DNA of 64,000 bases. Origin: Octopus bimaculoides. Lineage: Eukaryota. Shown here one piece after another: positions 39,811-52,124 of this stretch. Position 1 is the stretch's first letter; every line of letters begins with the position of its first letter. The stretch covers positions 55,094,427 to 55,158,426 of the forward strand of contig NC_068981.1 in the NCBI RefSeq assembly GCF_001194135.2, given 5' to 3'. The notes under the pieces are model-generated. The model was not told the DNA's origin. It saw only the letters and a program-made list of their open reading frames with translations, and ran no database searches. The position numbers and the translations under genes are program-made.

Positions 39811-40607
39811 ATATATAAACAACAGTGTTGATCGAATGTAAACAAAAGTAGAAGCTCAATAAAATATTAGAGGTGAAGACGGACGTTATAAATCGTTTAA
39901 AAACGAACAAACAAAACCGAACAGGGTTTTAAAGATAAAAACAAAATTAAGAAGCATAAAAAATGTGAAGGAAATATGTCGGAGAAAATTATGCCCAAAA
40001 AATCGTGGCATATTGATGGAGAAAGTGAAAGTTAATGAAAAGTATAGATTGATGACAAAGATAGAAAAATGTTCCAACGAATCATGCAAAACTGACAATT
40101 TATGGGCAAAATGGAAGGAATACTTCCAATTAGGAGAGCAGGCTATGGATTCCATAGAATTTCAGGCAAGCAAAGATGCCTTCGAAATATTTAAGAAACA
40201 TGCTGGGGCGGGGACTTTGATTAATATTAAACTTAATGGTAAAAAGCTAGTGTAAAGAAACTGAAACAGATTATATTTAAATTTTCGTTCGCATTGTTAA
40301 AAAAAAGTAAGTTCATACTGTCCGGCAAATTTTTAATGCTAATGAAACTATGAAAATGTATGTATTTCAGCTGAAGGAAGTCATTCAATCTGAGGATAAA
40401 ACAACTAAGGACTGGCTGACACTGTTAGTCTATCACTTTGAAAGTCCTAGTGCAAAGTGGAAAGGTATGCTGTTAGATATTTGGAAAGCAAACATAAAAT
40501 GCTTACGTTACCACAGATATACTTCAAAATTTGTTTAGTGTTCATTTTGTTCCTGGAGTTAATATTGTATCAGGAACAATCTGTCATTTATGACAATGTT
40601 AGTTTAA

Positions 40608-41141
40608 CCCTTCGTGGGCCGGCGGGGTTGGAATTACACAAAAGGTCATTGGGGTTCCCTTTTATTTTTGCGCATTTCTGCACTATCTATAAAGTAATAT
40701 TTGTTTAATTTTGTATATATGTATCAGTTCATGATACAGAACAAGAAATTTAGCACTTTTTTCTTTTATAGTTTTATAAACTATACATATAACACTAAAT
40801 ATAAAATAAAACAAAAAGAATAAAAGAAAAAATGTATATCGATTCATATCAGTACAAATACGAAGAAAATTGACTTATAGTTCATCAGAATATCTGAAAA
40901 AAAAAGAATAGAAAAAATAATTTCACAGAAGACAATGGTGTCCAGTTGGACCCCAATGGTCATATTTTATGCTATAACATCCATATGACTGGAAATTTTT
41001 AACTCAAAATTTGTATGTGCATACATAAACTATTGACAATAAAAATCATGAGATATAAAATCATTTAAATAAGAAATGTAAAAGTTGCATAACTTTTAAA
41101 ATTTGCTGGTGTCCCAAGGGACCCCACCGGCCCACGAATGG
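40608..41141. mobile_element. piggyBac-derived MITE, 534 bp
   Basis: TTAA TSDs at 40604-40607 and 41142-41145; TIRs CCCTTCGTGGGCCGGCGGGG / CCCCACCGGCCCACGAATGG (two mismatches). Confidence 0.92.
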
Positions 41142-41249
41142 TTAAGATATTAAAGAATTATATCTTTATCCTGAAATTAAAGTGGTATTTTAGTCTCCAA
41201 ATGTAAGTGATAATTATCCAATAGATCACACAGTAATAACAACCTTCAA

Positions 41250-41960
41250 GAGGTACAATATGTAGGAAGCTGTGATAAAGAAGGGAAGATGGGCATGACC
41301 TCTCCTGGAAAGGATACTATATTTGGAGTAATAACAATGATATTGAAGTCTCTTGATATCAAATACCAGAATCTTCAATGCAAGACTGTTGGAAAAAGTT
41401 ATGCCAAGATTTAATAGCAAATTTTTCAAAAGATATACCCTTGAGTCTGTCACAGAATTTGTTCATGTTATAAGTCAACATGACTTGCAAGTCACAGTTT
41501 TAGATACGAATTAACTTATTGTATCTCATTCAGAGACTTTGATCAACAAAATTTCGATGACATATGAGGGGAATGAAAGATGAAACTGAAAGGAAATCAC
41601 TCCTATTTGAGTTTTCACGGTGAAGAAAAAAGAAAAAAACTTTATACCTTCTACAGTTCTTAAACATTATGAAAGAATATGATCCAGATGTAGAAAGAAA
41701 TTCACAGGTTCATAGAGCGATTGACAAAGATACATGATGCTATTGGCAACCAAGTGACGTTCGATTTGTCCTGCTCAGAAAACCTTTGATAATTTTTAAC
41801 TCGGCAATATAATTATATCAAATGAATATATGTATGTTCATTACTTAGATTTTACTGTTCTTAATTTTCGTCGTTTTGTGTAATGGGCCAAGTGAATTCA
41901 TATATTTATTCAATGATTCTGCAGAGGGTATAAGGCGATATAAGGGTTGATACAGTTATA
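41250..41960 (+). mobile_element. Tigger/pogo (TIGD-like) transposase C-terminal remnant
   Basis: CWKKLCQDLIANF..V..DTN*LIVSHSETL and IMKEYDPDVERNSQVHRAI..*CY match Tigger C-terminal motifs. Ends approximate. Confidence 0.75.
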
Positions 41961-43127
41961 TTCCCTCTTATGTTTGGGGTATCACAATCTCCTTAGTAAT
42001 TTAAATGAAAACAAAACCACTTAATATGTGACTCAACATTCATATATTTGTACATTCTTAACTCTCAGGAACGAAACCCTTTAATTAATATGTAATTCAA
42101 TGATTCAATGTTTGGAAATTCAAATTTCATATCAGTTCTCAGGAATGCACCTGGTATGAAAATGGAGGGCTGCCAGTATGTATGTGTTTGTATGCGTGTG
42201 TGTGAGTGTGTGCGTGTTTGTGTGCGTATGTGTGTGTATATGTGTGAGTGTGCTATGCTGTGTGGGGGTGCGCGCGCGCGTACCTACTTACACAAATATA
42301 TGTATGTATATGTATATGTGCTCCGCAGCAATAGGGAAAGAGCTATTCTACCAACTTGTACAACTTGAACGACCGTTATCAGTTAATAAAAAAGGTTTTG
42401 TATGAGGTAGGATCCTCATACATGCACACACACATAAATGCATGCACGTATGAGTACATATATGAGAAAGATTGAGAGATCGAGAGCTATTTATGAATTC
42501 AGTTATTTATCTCGATCTCTCATTCTCAATTTTAGAACCTTTATTAGAGGTTAGAGACATGTTTTTACTAAACAGTATCAACAAACTAGCTCACATTCGA
42601 AGACCAAACGAAAATACATTTAAGATTTCTGATTTTGTTTGTAGTTTTAACTGTAGATGGTTGACATATGCACACATACACCCATGTATGTATGTATGTA
42701 TGTATGTATGTATGTATGTATGTACAGGTACAAGGGTTATGTTTGTATAAAATGCTGGTATTTATTTCATCGATTCTAGAGATATGAAAGACAAATTCAA
42801 CCTTGACGATTATATGACCTCAAAATAGTGGAGTGCTAAGTTAGCACATACAGAAAGTCTTAAGCCGGCCTTCATTACAACTATTTTATTCCAATAAGCC
42901 ACAGAAAATAAGGTGTTATTGCCCAGGTTACATAAAATGTCCGAATCAATAACTATGGATTAAAATAGTTTTCGAAGGTTCGATGGTTATGCATCTATGG
43001 GAAAGTCTAAACAGTGTCTGTGATTTTTGGTGAACCCTTTCGAATAGTTGAATATAATTGCCACTTCATAATTATACACCGCGATCAGTGTATCATTAAT
43101 GTGCGTTTTGTTACCGTTTAGAGTGAA

Positions 43128-43405
43128 GGCGCGTGGCTTAGTGTTTAGGGTAGTCGGCTCACGATCGTAAGGTCGTGAATTCGAATCCCGGCGGCGTGTT
43201 GTGTCCTTGAGCGAGACTCTTCATTTCAAGTTGTTCCAGTTCATTCCGCTGGCAAAAATGAGTTGTAATTGAAAAGAGCCAACCTTGTCACATTCTGTGT
43301 CATGCTGAATCTCACTGAGAACTACGTTAAGGGCACGCGTGTCTGTGGAGTGCGCAGACATTTGCACATTAATTTCAACTGGAACACTCGTCGTCGTAAT
43401 CAATG
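43128..43405 (+). mobile_element. tRNA-derived SINE family C (V-domain-like body; tail shared with the 46058 element)
   Basis: A box TGGCTTAGTG, B box GAATTCGAATCCC, GTGTTGTGTCCTTGAGC body, tail CCTTGTCACA..GAGAACTACGTTAAGGG..TCGTCGTCGTAA. Confidence 0.8.
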
Positions 43406-43519
43406 GAGAGCCAGGCCGTTATCTTTTATTATTTAGTTGAATTCCTTCTATATGCCGTGAGAATGTAGCGGGAAATTGCTACAGTTCCCATTGTCAGGTC
43501 AGAGTTGTTTAGATCAATA

Positions 43520-43685
43520 TTGGTTTCAGATTTTGGGACAAGGCCAACAATTTCGGGGAAGGTGGTAAGTCGATTACAATGATCCCAATGTTCAACTGGT
43601 ACTTATTTTATTGACCCCGAAAGGATGAAAGGCAAAGTCAACCTCGGCGGAATTTGAGATTAGAACGTGAAGACGGACAAAATGT
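43520..43685 (-). mobile_element. SINE family B, 5'-truncated
   Basis: GACCCCGAAAGGATGAAAGGCAAAGTCAACCTCGGCGG is the reverse complement of the family B core. Confidence 0.85.
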
Positions 43686-43775
43686 TCAGTTCAATATAAG
43701 CCTAGAATCTGAGTTTAACTCATGAGCACAGAGATTATGACATGGTTTAATAAGTAATTAGTGAACTTGCATTGA

Positions 43776-44034
43776 CCCTTTTGATATGAAATTTCTTGAA
43801 CCGACTCAGTCCTATGATACAAGCTTCCTATTTCAAAAATGATACAAGCTTCCTATTTCAAAATGATACAAGCTTCCTATTTCAAAATAAAGCTGTCAAT
43901 TAAAATTCCATGTTAATTTATGTTCTAAACACCAGCTTTATAATGAAAAAGTTACTTAACTAAATTTTTTAACATTCTCAAAGTTAACTGAAACAAAATC
44001 AGTGTATTTCAACACAAATATGGTAACAAAGAGC
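43776..44034. mobile_element. Degenerate piggyBac-type MITE containing a 24-25 bp minisatellite (3 copies, 43814-43887)
   Basis: Left TTGA|CCCTTTTGATA, right TGGTAACAAAGAGC|TTAA (imperfect TIR); ATGATACAAGCTTCCTATTTCAAA(A) repeated three times. Confidence 0.55.
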
Positions 44035-44467
44035 TTAAGCTCATCATATGGTTTTACAAAGAATTCCAACAACGACTACGATTTGGTAGCCATGTTCGAC
44101 TCTGCAAGCATACGTTGACGGCAAATTGAACTGTTAAATATAATCACAATAATAATCTGCACTGATCACTATAAGCTATTTTGTCAGTCTCTCTGTAGTC
44201 ACTCCTTGCTCTCGAAGAAATATCAAACAAATCCCTCTCCGTTTCCACCATGGCATCTTACAAAAAAGAGCAGAAACAAGATTTCAGTGATGCAGTTTAA
44301 ATAAATCGTAAAAATGATGGAATGATCATGCTTAGAATATCTTTGATCATACGCCTGCTTGATTAGCATAGACATAAGAGTTAAACAACAAGAACGACAA
44401 CAAGACCAACAACTACTATTGCTGCTGCTGCTGCTGCTGCTGCTGCTACTACTACTACTACTACTTT

Positions 44468-44525
<58 letters not shown>

Positions 44526-45021
44526 AGAAACAGCAATGGACCTACAATATTATGAAACGGAACATTACAGCAATATCAAATACATCAGCTTATGTAAACA
44601 AAAAGGGGGACTTATTAAAAAATATAAAAGCTTTCTTTTGATGTATATGTGTGTATGTGTGTGTGGTTAACGGAGGTATTAAAATGATTAGTCTAATTAC
44701 TTTAAAATGGATTCTAGTACAAAATTTAAACACCAGTTGTTGTTATTGTTGTTGTTTATTTTTTTGTTGTTTTTTTTTTGGTAATATCAAGTTGTATCAG
44801 GTTGGTTTCTAGTTTAGGCTGACGATTATTTTTAATAGAATTTTAAAATGAAGTGCACACAGTTTGAATAATGGTATCATTACTGTAGGTTGGTGACTTC
44901 TGTGAAATCATTTACGCTATCATGATTAATTTAGTGAAACATTATTTGTGAGAAATAAAGATTTAAAATTACTGCAGGACCTAAGAGACTTCACAACTAC
45001 ATACATACATACATACATACA

Positions 45022-45054
<33 letters not shown>

Positions 45055-45379
45055 CTACGTATGTATGTATTATGTTTCTATGTATGTATACACATATTAA
45101 TATGTGGATGTGTGGTAAGAAGCTTGCTTCCCAACGACATGGTTCCAAGTTCAGTCCCACTCTGTGGCACCTTGGGTGTCTTCTACTATAGTCTCGGGCC
45201 GACCAATACGTTGTAAGTGGATTTGATAGATGTAAACTGAAAGAAACTCGTCGTATATATATATATATATATATATAGTCAATTAAAAAAAAACAGAGAG
45301 AAAAGAAAAAAAACAAACAAACGTGTGGACATAGCACAAGCAATTTATAAATATAACACTCGGAAAAAGAAGAGAGTAG

Positions 45380-45418
45380 TTGTTTTACGTTTCGAGCATG
45401 GCTCTTCGTCAGAAACAA
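45380..45418 (-). ncRNA. Minimal type I hammerhead ribozyme motif
   Basis: The - strand reads UUGUUU-CUGACGA-A-GAGC CAU GCUC-GAAA-C GUA^-AAACAA: intact core, 6-bp stem I, 4-bp stem II, loopless palindromic ACGU stem III; predicted cut after 45386. Confidence 0.72.
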
Positions 45419-45829
45419 GAAAATCAGGAAAGTCCAAAAGAAAAGAAGGAACAAGGAAAAATTGTCAACAGTCCACGTGCAGTTACATTTCTGAAATGAC
45501 CAGAAGTAGATGGAGGAAGAGAAAGTGTTTTGTGGGACAGGAGAGTGTGAAGATGGCCGGTATGTGTGTGTGTGTGTGTGGCAGTAACTGCGTTTGTGTA
45601 TGTATGTACGTGTAGTGGTAACTGTGCGTGGTAGCGTGTGTGTGTGTGTGGTATTAAAAATGAGAGTAATAACTATGGGTAGCCAGTAGCATGTATATAA
45701 ACAACATAGATAGAAAAATACAGGGTATATCAAATACCATACAACATAAAGATTAAATTTATTAAAATTGTTTCCGCCTCCAAAAATATGTCATAATTAC
45801 CAGTGGCAATCGAAACCAACTCCATAGAG

Positions 45830-45960
45830 GAAGAGAAGATACTCCTAATAATCAAACTTCTCCAAAATTGACAAGTCATTAAGGAAAAGGGCCAGCTTTT
45901 TGTCCGAACAGTCGTGAGCAGTGCAAACCTATATCCATCAGCCAAGTGACATAACCATGT
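45830..45960 (+). mobile_element. Possible Penelope-like RT fragment
   Basis: Frameshifted LPK.HK-like segment followed by RTVVSSANLYPSAK*, resembling the PLE motif RPIVSS....Y.LAKW. Confidence 0.35.
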
Positions 45961-46057
45961 ACAAAAAGAGTAAAGCTCATTTATAGGCAAAATTAAACAA
46001 AACTGAGTTAAGAGAAATAAATCAAAGTAGCCAATAGCATATATCTAAACGACATAG

Positions 46058-46625
46058 GTGGAGGCGCAATGGCCCAGTGGTTAGGGCAGCGGACTCGCGG
46101 TCATAGGATCGCGGTTTCGATTCCCAGACCGGGCGCTGTGAGTGTTTATTGAGCGAAAACACCTAAAGCTCCACGAGGCTCCGGCAGGGGATGGTGGCGA
46201 ACCCTGCTGTACTCTTTCACCACAACTTTCTCTCACTCTTACTTCCCGTTTCTGTTGTACCTGTATTTCAAAGGGGCCAGCCTTGTCACACTCTGTGTCA
46301 CGCTGAATATCCCCGAGAACTACATNNNNNNNNNNAACACCTAAAGCTCCACGAGGCTCCGGCAGGGGATGGTGGCGAACCCTGCTGTACTCTTTCACCA
46401 CAACTTTCTCTCACTCTTACTTCCCGTTTCTGTTGTACCTGTATTTCAAAGGGGCCAGCCTTGTCACACTCTGTGTCACGCTGAATATCCCCGAGAACTA
46501 CATTAAGGGTACACGTGTGTGTGGAGTGCTCAGCCACTTGCACGTTAATTTCACGAGCAGGCAGTTCCGTTGATCGGATCAACTGGAACCCTCGTCGTCG
46601 TAAGCGACGAAGTACCAACTTAACT
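46058..46625 (+). mobile_element. Young tRNA-derived SINE family D with TSD (internal duplication across an N gap is likely an assembly artefact)
   Basis: Exact 12-bp TSD TAAACGACATAG at 46046-46057 and 46626-46637; A box TGGCCCAGTGG, B box GGTTTCGATTCC. Confidence 0.92.
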
Positions 46626-47241
46626 TAAACGACATAGACAAATACAGGTATATCAAATACTCCACAGTACAAATTCTTGATTTATAAAAATCATCTCCTC
46701 TTCTCGGGTAGGAGGTAATTTTAATTGCCATGATTCGAAGCGATGATTTGCATATTCATTCTTTATACTTTCCGACAGATTCGAATGTAAATATTCTGAT
46801 CTCTGTTGTATTCATAACTGGCGAATTTTTTTCCCCTGTCAACCCTTTCTGTCGAAGAACGTAGGCTGGACATGTCAAAGACTTTTCCATTCTTCCCTGG
46901 CATCAAACTGATATACCTGCTTGTTGTATCCTCACCTGTCTTCATCTTTTGTTTCCTGTAAATTTGAATTATATACATTTACATATTAATACTTATTAAT
47001 ATATACATGTATATACATATACATGTATATACATATACATGTATATACATATACATGTATATACATATACATGTATATATGGTTACATGTATGTATGTAT
47101 ATATACCCATAGATTAAGGGAAGAAAATGGAGAGTTAGTGGTTAATGATTATTTATTAATAAGTTGATAATCATTTCTTCTACAGTGTTTCCTTGAATGT
47201 AATCATCCCTTTAAGAGGTTTATATAACCTCTAATTAACTT

Positions 47242-47352
<111 letters not shown>

Positions 47353-49395
47353 ATAGAATCAAAGATATACTTGGTAAAGGATTTGATTTGAGATCATATC
47401 TTGAAACTGAAGCAATTGTCATATAGAAGACATATTGACCGTTCAAAAACACACAAAAATTGTTAACTTTCATCGCACTATCTGCGATCTGTTCTCTATA
47501 TGTGAGTTGTATGTATGTATGCTTGTATGTATGTATGTATGTATGTATGTATATATGTATGTATGCATGCATGTATGTATATATGTATGTATATATGTAT
47601 GTATGTATGTATGTGTGTGTATGTATGTATGTATGTATGTATGCATGTATGTATGTATGTATGTATGTATGTATGTATGTATGTATGTGTGTGTGTATGT
47701 ATGTATGTATGTATGTATGTATGTATGTATGTATGCTGGATATGACTCAAAACTACATCCGGTGGTGGGGCTCTGATTCGGGAGTTCCAGGCTTTTGAGG
47801 CGTATGGTACCACTTCTTAGTTCTCAGGTCTACTGTGACCCGAGTAGTAGCACCTTTCAGTGCCCCAGCTGTGGCTTAACTAGTATATGTAATGTTATTC
47901 CATCTGAGCGTGGGGACGCTGAAATATCCTTGATTGGTGTCAGGGGTCGCAGTAAAACCACTGGGGGTGAGGGGAACCCCAAGAATATGTCACTGTATCC
48001 CTCTAGGGAAGGAACACTGATGTAAAACCTGCGGTTTCCTGTGATCATTGGTCATCCTGCTTCGGCCTGTCCCTGGGTACTGCTCAGAGAGCAGTATTCA
48101 TCGTATACAAGGATTTATCACTATAATCAGATGGCAACCTCATATATCATCCCACCAACTGAGAGTCCCAGATTAATAAGATTGATGCGGCTGATGCTCA
48201 TGCTAAACATATGTTGGTTGATGCCTAGGAAAAACAGGCACAAAAAGAAACCCAGACCTGTGGAGGAAGTTGTGAATAAAATGTTTAGTGTGACATTTCG
48301 GAGCTAGACACATTAGTGTTAATGAGAACTGAAGAGGTTGGTGTATCAGTTGGGATAAGCATCAGTGGTACCGAAGAGAGTGTTGCTGTTTCAATAGCTA
48401 TAGAGGAAACAGGGTGTATGTAGAATAATGTTGTTGCATGAATCTTTGCCAACCAGACGAATGACTTTCTATTAAATTTAGTATGGCATGTTTGTGCAAC
48501 AGTAGCATCCCAGACGTGTAAACAGTATAGGGTCAAAAACCGATCGTACTAATGTGTTTTTTTTAACCTGAAGAGGAAGTCTAGTTTGTGGGATTACAGT
48601 TTTGACAATGTTATTAATGTGAGGCTACCGTGAGAGATCATAACAGATAGTAAGGCATAGCATTTGTAGTGATATTCAGAGTTTTAGACGTGTAGTGGGT
48701 ATGAGCAGGGAGGATGTAGTGCAAAACTATTTCTTTGATATGTGTAATGAATGTTTCTTTGTGCTATTGAAGGGGGCTAGTGGGTCACGTCCCCATTGAA
48801 AATATGATTTGAGGTATTTATGTTGTATGTCGATGATGCATGTGTAAAGTTAAAATGGAATGAGGGGTAGTGTAATCTGAATAAGAGTATGTGCATGTGG
48901 GTGGCGCGAATACGTACGTGTGTGTGTGTGTGGTATATGTGCATGTGTGTGCGTGTGTGGTATATGTGTATGTGCGTGCGTGTGTGGGTGTGTGTGCGCA
49001 TGTGTGAGTGTATATGTGTGCGCGCGCGCATGTGCACGTAAGTCTATGCATGTTTTTGATTAAATGTAGCATCAAGTAGGCCATTCTTATACAGAAACAC
49101 GAAGGCCGAAGTCATAACAGAAGACATAAGTTACACTATACGAAGCCCCGTCAACCCACACTGAGACATGTTGTCTAACGGGAAGCTTTTCATCCAAGTG
49201 ATGAGTGATAGTAACTCATATGTATTCAGCTAAAATTACCGAATTGTGTGGTGTTAAAGGAAACAAATCTGCCATTCCTGAAGTTCTCGAAGTTGAGAAA
49301 GCTCTAAGTCTATGTACTGGTGGTCATTGAATTGAAAAAGAGTCTCAGGTTGATAATAAAAATGGTTGTTAACGATTGTTTGTATGCAACATCAG

Positions 49396-49542
49396 CGGGA
49401 TTCTTTCTCTTACAAATGAGATTCACTGGCGTATTTTGGAGTAAATACTCGCTGAGAGAGAATATAGAAGAGTTTAGTGAATACAAATGCTCTTGTATAC
49501 AAGTGTTCTATTTGTGTAAAAGTTGGGACACCATCAGGAGAG
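49396..49542 (+). CDS. Candidate coding exon (GFFLLQMRFTGVFWSKYSLRENIEEFSEYKCSCIQVFYLCKSWDTIRR)
   Basis: 147 nt, phase 1-1, lies in ORF 49320-49601; donor AG|GTGAGC is strong, acceptor CATCAG moderate. Confidence 0.4.
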
Positions 49543-49632
49543 GTGAGCTTGTTTTGTCGGAGTGCTTGAAAACGTTTTCGCATGGGGCGACTATTAAGTA
49601 GTGGTGAAACAGGTGAAAAAGCGATTCAAAGT

Positions 49633-49677
<45 letters not shown>

Positions 49678-49721
49678 CAAACAGACAGAGATAGCTATGT
49701 AGACAGACAGACAATGCGCGC

Positions 49722-49767
<46 letters not shown>

Positions 49768-50109
49768 GTGTGCGTGCGTGATTGCGTGTGTGTGTTAAGG
49801 AGTTCGCTTCGTACTGACAATATCCTGGGTTCAATTTGGGGATTTCACGTGGTATCTTGGGCTTGAATCTATTTTCAAAGTCTGGGGTCGACCTAAGCCT
49901 TCGTGAGTGAAATTGAGAACATGAAAATTATGTGGAAGCCTGTCACATGGAATGCACCTGTATTCAAAGGTCCAATCTTGTCACATATTCTGTTGCGCTG
50001 ATTCTGTCGGACAATTGAATCGATAAGTAAGTACTTCACTTGATCAAACAACTGCACACGCATCATCGAAACCGACGGAGATTCATTTACTTATGTAAGA
50101 TGTATGAAT

Positions 50110-50318
50110 CTCGAAGAAAAGGGAGGTCTACTTCCCGTAAGGTTGGATCATTGTATAGGTCTTAGGATTACCTCACATCTGAGGTCATTTTATATTTTTA
50201 CAAGTCCACAATCTATCCTTGTATGAAATACTGTTGCCATATTTGGGCAGGCGCATAATTTTGTTTCTTGGATCCCCTTGACCGGGTTCAGAAGCGAGTC
50301 TGTATTTTGATTGGTCAC

Positions 50319-50358
<40 letters not shown>

Positions 50359-50368
50359 NNNNNNNNNN

Positions 50369-50411
<43 letters not shown>

Positions 50412-50720
50412 CTTCAACTCTTGTTACATCGACGTGACGTCGCCAGTCTTAGTCTTTTCTATTGTTATTCTCACAGGAAATGTTCTTTCTCTTTTAGTTC
50501 CAGATCACTTCATGCCATCTCGTCTGACTCGGAACTCACACCGTCTTCATCCAATGGCTGCTCTGCTTCCACGAATAAGGAAATCTTTCAACGATCATAG
50601 CTTTTTTCATCGAATTGCTAGACATTGAAATACATCTCCATCTCATTCATTGTTTTTCTCTTTCTTATGACCTGAACTATTTCAAGTCTAGATAAATTCA
50701 TTCCCTTCGTCTTAATATCT
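50110..50720 (+). mobile_element. CR1/L2/Crack-group LINE 3' end, interrupted by (TC)n and a gap
   Basis: KVGSLYR..YKSTIYPCMKYCCHIWAGA..LDRVQKRVCILIG..LHRRDVASLSLFYCY..SFF.R match the C-terminal RT region of these LINEs. Confidence 0.85.
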
Positions 50721-50918
50721 CCTCCTTCATAGTTCGTTACACTAAGTGGCCTCTCGCCTTGCTTGGGACTTTCTTATAAAAAAATGCCCAGTAAATGCAG
50801 TGATCTTAGTGACAATATCCATGTTGGTTGTGAAATGTATGAAATGGCAAGTTGAAGTATTCTGCGAAGTTGATATAAATTTTCTTTGAAAGGAAACAAA
50901 AATCGGGTTACAATTTAG

Positions 50919-51020
50919 AAGGTGATGACCAATGTGATCCGTGTAATGACATCCTTTCTATTCTTGTTGGTAAATTTTCTGGTGCAGTACTGTTAATTAA
51001 AGGTCCCCCATATATTGATG
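50919..51020 (+). CDS. Candidate coding exon (GDDQCDPCNDILSILVGKFSGAVLLIKGPPYID)
   Basis: 102 nt, phase 1-1, open; acceptor AATTTAG, strong donor ATG|GTGAGT at 51021. Confidence 0.5.
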
Positions 51021-51635
51021 GTGAGTGGCTGCTGCCCCAGTTTTTTTTTGGTTTTTTTTTGCGCCTATAATTTCGCCTATAACTTCAAGTAATCTTCTTG
51101 AAGGGTATAGGATGGCATACCTAATAAGATAGACTTAGAAAACAAAGTCACTCTTGAAGAGGTTCACAAAATAAGAATCAGAGAAATACAGATGAAAGTG
51201 AGGGAAATACAAATGATGATGCGTCAAATATTTTTCCTCTTAAATCTGGCCAAATGGTTAAGAAGTTCAATTCGTAATCACGCGGGACTAAGTTCGATCC
51301 CTCTGCGTGGAAACTTAGGTGAATGTGATTTTCTAAAGCCTCAGATCGATCCATTCATTGTGAGTAAAACTGGATACACAAAACGTGTATAGAAGTCAGT
51401 TGGGTGGATTATAACTGCAACTCCAAAGGTACAACCTTATCACACCCCAACACACACCCCACACACACACCGCGCGCGCGCACACACACTGTGTTATGTT
51501 GATTCTCTCTGAGAATTACGTTAAGGTCTAAGGATTGCTCAGCTACTTTCACGTTACTACAAAAGCAAGTTATTCAGTTCAAACAACTGAATCCTCATCG
51601 TCAAAGGATGTAGATCCATCAGCGCCATATATGTG

Positions 51636-51675
<40 letters not shown>

Positions 51676-52080
51676 AATATATGTGTGTGTGTGTGTGTGT
51701 CTGTTTGTCTGTGCGTGCGCGTGCATGCGGTGTTCACCAAAGAAAACGATGTGTTGATCGAAACTGAAATGCCTCTGATCACAGATCTGCTGTATCAGGA
51801 CTGATCTGTGGTAAAACAGTAGCAAAAGGAACCATAACAGAACCATTAAATAGCGTATGTAAGCGTATCAGAGTTCTGTACGGATGTTTAGATTTATCCC
51901 TGCCAAGCATAAGAGTGTATACGTATATCATCAGTAACGTGAGTGACCTAAATTTAGCAGTGGTGAAGTGGTAAATAAAAAGGTAGATCTCTGGATTAAA
52001 TGTGTTATACTATTTGTTGTCCTTTGCCTTTTATTACATTGGCGTCGATGAAATGGGATATCGGTTATATTGTTCTTCAG

Positions 52081-52124
52081 GAAATTCAGTCGACTATATG
52101 CCTCATTCAGAAATTCTTGCATAG
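52081..52124 (+). CDS. Candidate terminal coding exon (GNSVDYMPHSEILA*)
   Basis: Strong acceptor TTATATTGTTCTTCAG; phase 1 gives stop TAG at 52122-52124. A GTAAGA donor at 52132 allows an alternative 51-nt internal exon in another phase. Confidence 0.4.

Noticed and set aside
43814-43887. Three 24-25 bp direct repeats, CRISPR-like in length
   Set aside because: No spacers and no cas genes; a eukaryotic minisatellite inside a MITE.
46159-46504. Exact ~167-bp tandem duplication inside the young SINE
   Set aside because: Identical copies flank a short N gap, the typical signature of unmerged contig overlap.
47003-47080. 16-bp repeat array with internal palindromes (ATATACATGTATAT)
   Set aside because: A (TA)/(CA) microsatellite derivative; self-complementarity is expected from its composition.
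47760-48760. Several 63-88 aa ORFs in a GC-richer block
   Set aside because: Short, on both strands, with no motif I can name; likely an old unclassified retroelement fragment, so not called.
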